Assembly (NCBI GenBank): GCA_051530055.1
Contig: CM121342.1
Location: 9,563,480-9,627,479 of the forward strand
Direction: 5' to 3'
DNA: 64,000 bases
Source of the DNA: Neoechinorhynchus agilis
Lineage: Eukaryota > Animalia > Acanthocephala
Under the pieces are notes generated by a model that was not told the DNA's origin, did no database searches, and saw only the letters and a program-made list of their open reading frames with translations. Below are positions 58,530-64,000 of this stretch, in pieces (position 1 is the first letter of the stretch; each line of letters starts with the position of its first letter). The translations under genes were made by a program, and so were the position numbers.

Positions 58530-59720
58530 ACGTTTATTGTAAAAAATTGTACAAAGTAGGACCCATGTGCCTTCAAAGAAACGTATCCGTTGGGATGGGA
58601 ATATCCGGTCGGGAGATTTCCGTTCTGGTTTGTGAGGTTGGGTCTTTCCTCAGGTTCATTTCAAGTTCTGATATCCAAGAAGATTCAGCAGTATTGAAAA
58701 AGGAGCGGAGTGTGAAAAGGGGGTGATATCTGGTAGAAATCGTGGTGGTAGGGTTAATAGGCGTTTTGATTGTTTTATGAAAATAGTATCAAGGCATTCG
58801 TAAATTTTAGATGCGCTTTTATGAAACATTTTAAGACGACGCAATTGAAATTTTGATAGGTTGCAAAAGACGGGATAACCGTAGGTGAGGGAGGGTAAAA
58901 TAAAGCTGAGGTAAAATTTGGAGAGATCGGGTGAAGGGAATCCTAAATACCGGAGGCGTTTGAGCTTGAGAAAGAGAGTGATGTGCGAGTCCCATTTTAA
59001 ACTTAACTGAAATCGGAGGCCCAGAATTCTTAGGGAGATTAATCCTAGGATGTAATTTAAGAGCTCAGGGAAGGGTGTGGGGTTTCTGGAGAGAGGGGAT
59101 CATCTCGAAACATTTAGAGAAATTCAGGTGGAGTTTGTGATTGGTGCAGAAGTCTTTTATGTGTGTGATTTCGTTAGAGGTTAAGGAAAGGGAAAGGGAG
59201 AGGTGGGGTGGTGAATGGGTGATATCGTCGGCGTATAAGAAGAGTTTAGAGTGAGAGGAGAGAGTTTTGAAGTCGTTTAGGAAAATATTAAAGAGAAGTG
59301 GTGACAGCACAGCATCTTGAGATACGCCTTTGGTGAGGGATAGACTGATAGAAGAGGTAGAACGGCAGTGAATGTATTGTTTGTGATTCTTAAGATAAGA
59401 TTCGAGCCAGCGGATCTGCTACAAGTTGAGGCCAAAATCGGAACAAACGCGGAGAAGGAGTGAATAGTCCACGAAGTCGAATGCTTTCCATAAATCCACT
59501 TGAATTAGACGGATGACGTGGGAGGGATTATTGTCGAGGTAACGGAGTAGCATGTCATAAATGCAACGTACGGCGTCGCTTGTAGAAAATTTTGGCCGGA
59601 AATCGAATTGTAGGGGCGATAACTTTTCGCTGAGAAGTGAAAGAAGGCGAGATTTAAAACATTTTTCGATGATTGGTCCGAACAACCTATGGATAACAAG
59701 CGGCAACGGAAATTTCAAGT
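58530..59720 (-). mobile_element. L2/CR1-like LINE, 3' part (RT and tail)
   Basis: PLQFDFRPKFST.DA, VDLWKAFD.VD, LSPLLFNIF, YADD. Confidence 0.85.
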
Positions 59721-59759
59721 ACTCTGGGAGGTGAGGTTAATGCTGCGTGAGATCCGAAG

Positions 59760-62190
59760 GTTTTAACACATAATTTCCCGGTCTGTGACAAGCAGATCAA
59801 AATTACGAAATAGGGAGAATTTTGGACTCACGGCCCAAGGGATTCCCGATGTGTTGGTTCCGGCCTTCTGCTAGCAAACTTTGCTCCTCAGCTCAATGAA
59901 CCTCTTCAGAGCATCCAAAACATCGTCCATTGCACACCTTCGTTGCTGGAGATCGTGCGCTGCCCAGAAACATCCTGAAGCGGATCCCGTAGGGCGCTCG
60001 ATTTTAGGGAGCGAAAGGTATTCAGTCCTGCTGAGCGACTGTCTCAAGACAAATACCGAAATATCTTGGAAATCTGACGTGTCCCTTGTTACCCTCATCA
60101 AAAACCGGGTGTCCTCCTTCGACAACTCGTTTGGAGAGGTCCTACGCAAAGCGCACGTTTTTAAGGGAGATTTTTCAATGCCACCGAATTCGAGCCGAGT
60201 TTCAACCCGTTCAATGACCTAGAGAGTGTCTTCTAAACTCGCCGATGGTGAGGCGCGGTTCGCATTATATCATCCACCAACGAATTCGCAAGAGATGATA
60301 CGAAAACTCTCCAACTTCTCAGAGAGAAACATCCTCGACCCATTGGTCATCTAGAATATTCGGAGATTATCCCCTCGTGCACCCCGTTAGAATTTTCGGT
60401 TGATGCTGTTAAGACAGCCGTTTCATTGTTCGCAAATGGGTCAGCACATTGGCTCGACGGACTTCGGCATCAGCACTTAAAGGACATAATGTCCTTCTCC
60501 GTAGGTGATCCATCCCACGTTCTCTTGAACGCCTTGACTCGGTTAGTCGGCGTTTTCTCTGGAGACAACCTGTCCCCGAAAGCGACCGAATTGCTTTTGG
60601 GCGCTTCCTTCTGCGCTTTAGAAAAGAAGGACGGTGGGATTAGTCCCATCGCGATTGGCTCTACATTGAGACAGCTAGTAGGGAAAGTGATTTCTAGGCG
60701 AGTCTCAAAAGGTGTTGCTGAAATTCTTCGTCCACTTCAACTAGGTTGCTGCACACCTTGCGGGGCGGAAGCCATGATCATGAAATTAGATTTCCGGAAC
60801 GCCTTCAATTCCGTTATTCGCGACTCGCTCTTAAAAGCCGTCAGAGATCACGCACCGGAGGCTTACGGTATTTTAGAAATTCGTAGGGAGCTGCGTCTCC
60901 TCTTGTATTCAACGATCACATCATTCCTTCCGAAAGAGGCGTTCAAAAGGGAGACCCATTGGGTCTCATTGGTTTCGCGCTCACAGTGAAGGAATTAGCG
61001 CATTCTCTTGATGCGGAATTCAACGCCTGGTACAAGGACGATGCTACGCTGAGAAGCGATCCCCAGGTAGTTTGTCCGTGACCTGGAGAAAATCAAGATG
61101 GGGCAAGCAAGCTGGGCATTGAATTGAACACAGAAAAGTGCGATGGGAATGTAGAACACGAAATTAACAGCCTTCTAAAGAAATTATCGGTGTTTTGTGA
61201 TAGGGTCTGTGAGCTTGGATCACACGAGGCTCTGTTCTTGATAAAGAACACCCTCTTCATCCCAAGTTCCTTTATGCTCTACGCATTGCGCCGTTTTTCT
61301 AGCACAAGGTTCAGCTTGGCAAGCTAAATAACAGATTGAAGGACTGTCTCAAGCATGTTTTAAATGTCCAGCTGGCAGAAGAGGCATGGCGACAAGCATC
61401 ATTGCCTGTATCTTCTGGCGGGTTGGGTATCCGGAAAACAGCAGACATATCCTTGCCCGCATTTCTAGGCTCCCATGAGGAAAGCAGAAGCTCAGTTGAG
61501 CGCAGTTTGAAAGATGCGTATCGCCTTGATAGGCATTTTGACGAGGACTACCGATGTGTCATCCCCACCGTTGCCGCTGCGGTGCAAATGTGGATTCGTC
61601 GGGACGTCATGGTCTCATCTGTAGAAAATCAGCCGGCAGATTCGCAAGACATTTCGAAATTAACATGGTGCTGAGCCGGGCACTTGTTACGCGGTAAATA
61701 CCCCCAATATTTTGGAACCTGCCAACCTCTGTAGAGACGACGGACGTAGACCTGATGGGGTGACCGCATTTCCGTGGCAGGAAGATAAATGCCCCCTCTG
61801 AGACGCCACTTGCTTCGATACACTCGCGGCCAGCAATTTCAAGTTCTCGCTGGAAATGCAGCGAGCGCCGCGGAAGGACGGAAAACGGCGAAATACCCCG
61901 ATCTGGCCACGGCCCATGTGTTTGTGCCTTTTTGGGTTGCGACCTACGGATCTCTTGGTAGCGAGGCTCTTCAACTCCTGAGGTATCTGAAGCGACGCCT
62001 TCAGGTTACAACCGGCGATGCAAGGTCAGGTCAATCAATACCTGGCAGCTGCATGTGGAGAATATGCAAACATAGAACGTACGGGTTCAAAATATCAGCA
62101 TCGCCGTGTTGAGAGGCAACACTGCAAGCATTCGGGCGACAATTGAGGACGAGGACGGCGAATAATTATGCTTATATCTTTAAAATAAAA
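59760..62190 (+). mobile_element. CRE-clade RLE retrotransposon nested in an L2/CR1-like LINE
   Basis: LDGLRHQHLKD, KKDGGISPIAIG.TLR, KLDFRNAFNS, QASLPVSSGGLGIR, DGRRPDG.T, SIAVLRGNTASI. Confidence 0.85.
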
Positions 62191-62199
62191 TCTATCATT

Positions 62200-64000
62200 C
62201 TTTAAAAAAGAATGGAAATTGGACGGAATGATTCAGCCGAAATAGGATGCCTTCTTTTTACCAAGTATAACTTTGGCAGTTTTTAGGCATGAGGGGTAGA
62301 TGCATATAAAAAGCTGAGGTTTATAATGTGGGTAAGAGATGAGTTCGGGGTGATGCAACGAGGAGCCAGTTTGGGATTTCAGATTGAGAGGACGGTTTTT
62401 TAGGTAATTTCATGAAATACTGTAGTACTTCATATGATGAAACTAAGGGGAGTATCGGCGAGTTGGCAGAAGTTTCAGGTGTGGGCGTGAAAGATTGTAT
62501 GGTGACTGAGGTTGAGCAGTGATTGTAAATTAAGTCAGGGCAGAGGTTCTGATTAATGGAATCTAGAACCTGTTTTAATTCAGTGGAGAATAAATTAAGG
62601 AAGGGATTCGGGTGGTGCAGACCAAGAGAGTTTTTGACGGCGCGCCACCATGTTGAGTTGCCACCTGATCGAATTTTAGGGGAAAGGAAGTTTTTGCGTA
62701 CGATAAGCATTTTGTTAGTAAGTGCTTTTTGTAAACGGGGAGAGTCTGGAGAGTTATTGCGATGGGCCTTAGAAGCTTGTCATTGTAGAAGTTTTAAAAT
62801 AAGGGTTATCCATGCAGGGTTGCGGTTGGAGATCCTAATGAGTTTCTTGGGAATTGCCGAAGCAAGGCATTTTCTATGATTGAGGTTAGGGAGTACATGG
62901 CCAAGGAAGGGTCATTTGTGTTGTCAGAGTGGGATGTGCGGATGTTAGAGTTGAATAATTTTATAAAATTTTGGATGTGATGATCACGTTTATCTCAGAC
63001 GTGTAAACGGGGAGATTTTATAGGCTGAGGTGGGGTGGCGGGAGTGATAAGGGCATAGGAATGGTCAGAATTCGCGGGGGGAGGGAGTTTAGAGGCGGAT
63101 GAGTAGGTGTCGATATTTGTGAACACTTTGTCGGGTTCAGCGTCAAGATGAGTTGGGAAGTCAATTAGTTGACGCAATTCGGAGAAGGGTAGAGGAGGAA
63201 ATAGATTATTGAAGTCTTCTACAATTAAGAAATGGTGCAAATTTGTGGAGTTTATGAGCTCCATCATAGAGTCAATTTGAAGCGAGGAGGACTCAGGTCG
63301 AGATGCTGGAGGGTGATAGACGCCAGCAATGGTGAATTCCCTAAGGCCGTTTCTCAGAGGAGCTATGAAATGGACTGCGATAAATTCTAAATCGGGGTTT
63401 CGCAGAGAGCCTGTGAGAGATAAAGAGTAAGGTAGCGATTGCCGTACGTAAATTGAGACCCCCTCCTGGACGGTCATAACGGTAGGGAAGGAAGAGTACC
63501 CGGGAAGGATGGCTGACTCGCTGTTGAAGGGGGTAAGCCACGTTTCTGTTAAGATGACTGACATAGGGTATTTGGATCGATAATGCGCGACCGGTAAAAC
63601 GCGTGTTAACGGGTGCAAACATAGTGTGGTGTGTTAGTGAGTTTGCTGCCATTCAAGAGCCGAAAGTAAGAATTGGCGGTAGAAAATGGTATCATTCTCT
63701 GGCTAGGCAGAGTCATTGTTCCAAACTCTTCGAAATAGCGTTCTATCCTATCTGCACACTGGTCACTCTGGGATATCAGGAATGAAGTCGTTAGCAAGAT
63801 ATCACATATGGTGACCTGGAATCGACGCAGATCTTGAAAAATTCGTGGGATTGTGCCTGATGTTAGACCTATCTCCATTCAGAATTCGTTTGTTTCCATA
63901 TACGAGCGAGTTCTGGCCAAAATTATAATGGATTTTTCTTTTAAACATCACCTTATTGATGAGCGCTGGCATGGTTTCCTCCCAGGGAAATCTGTTCATA
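62200..64000 (-). mobile_element. L2/CR1-like LINE, 5' part (ORF1-like end and APE endonuclease)
   Basis: VILTETWL, GVSIYVR, GVYHPP, LIVEDFN, SDH endonuclease motifs (62995-63618); 62200-62290 matches 3620-3700. Confidence 0.8.

Noticed and set aside
1-64000. Euglenozoan or ciliate origin to explain the odd introns
   Set aside because: MNK, TASOR-like, DENND4 and Angel-like genes and the RPS19 sequence look animal-like, and TAA/TAG are used as stops; a phylogeny is still needed.

Overview
Eukaryotic, animal-like DNA from a compact, fast-evolving genome; it is not prokaryotic and I cannot assign the species. About 14 protein genes are recognisable or likely: HUS1, an MNK kinase, WDR92, SGPL1, an FKBP/TPR protein, EXOSC4, an SRSF1-like protein, TUBGCP2, a TASOR-like protein, an EF-hand protein, NIFK, DENND4, RPS19 and two orphans. 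An Angel-like pseudogene fragment, many decayed retroelements (CRE-clade RLE LINEs, L2/CR1-like LINEs, Penelope-like, Ty3/gypsy, RTE-tailed SINE) and four tandem arrays are also present. The main result is that genes carry two intron classes. Seven are ordinary GT-AG introns (six of 43-51 nt, one of 469 nt). Fourteen other interruptions (40-767 nt) end in 8-16 bp inverted repeats whose sequence differs at every site. Twelve of the 14 are bounded by an in-frame TA...TA direct repeat, typically TA-NNN-[stem...stem]-N(1-3)-TA. Removing the insert plus one TA restores conserved protein motifs, and in most cases I found no workable GT-AG solution. This looks like a structure-defined non-canonical intron class (or a TA-bounded, IES-like DNA excision system) in an animal-like genome. 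All junctions were derived by hand from the DNA and remembered family motifs; none is confirmed by RNA data.
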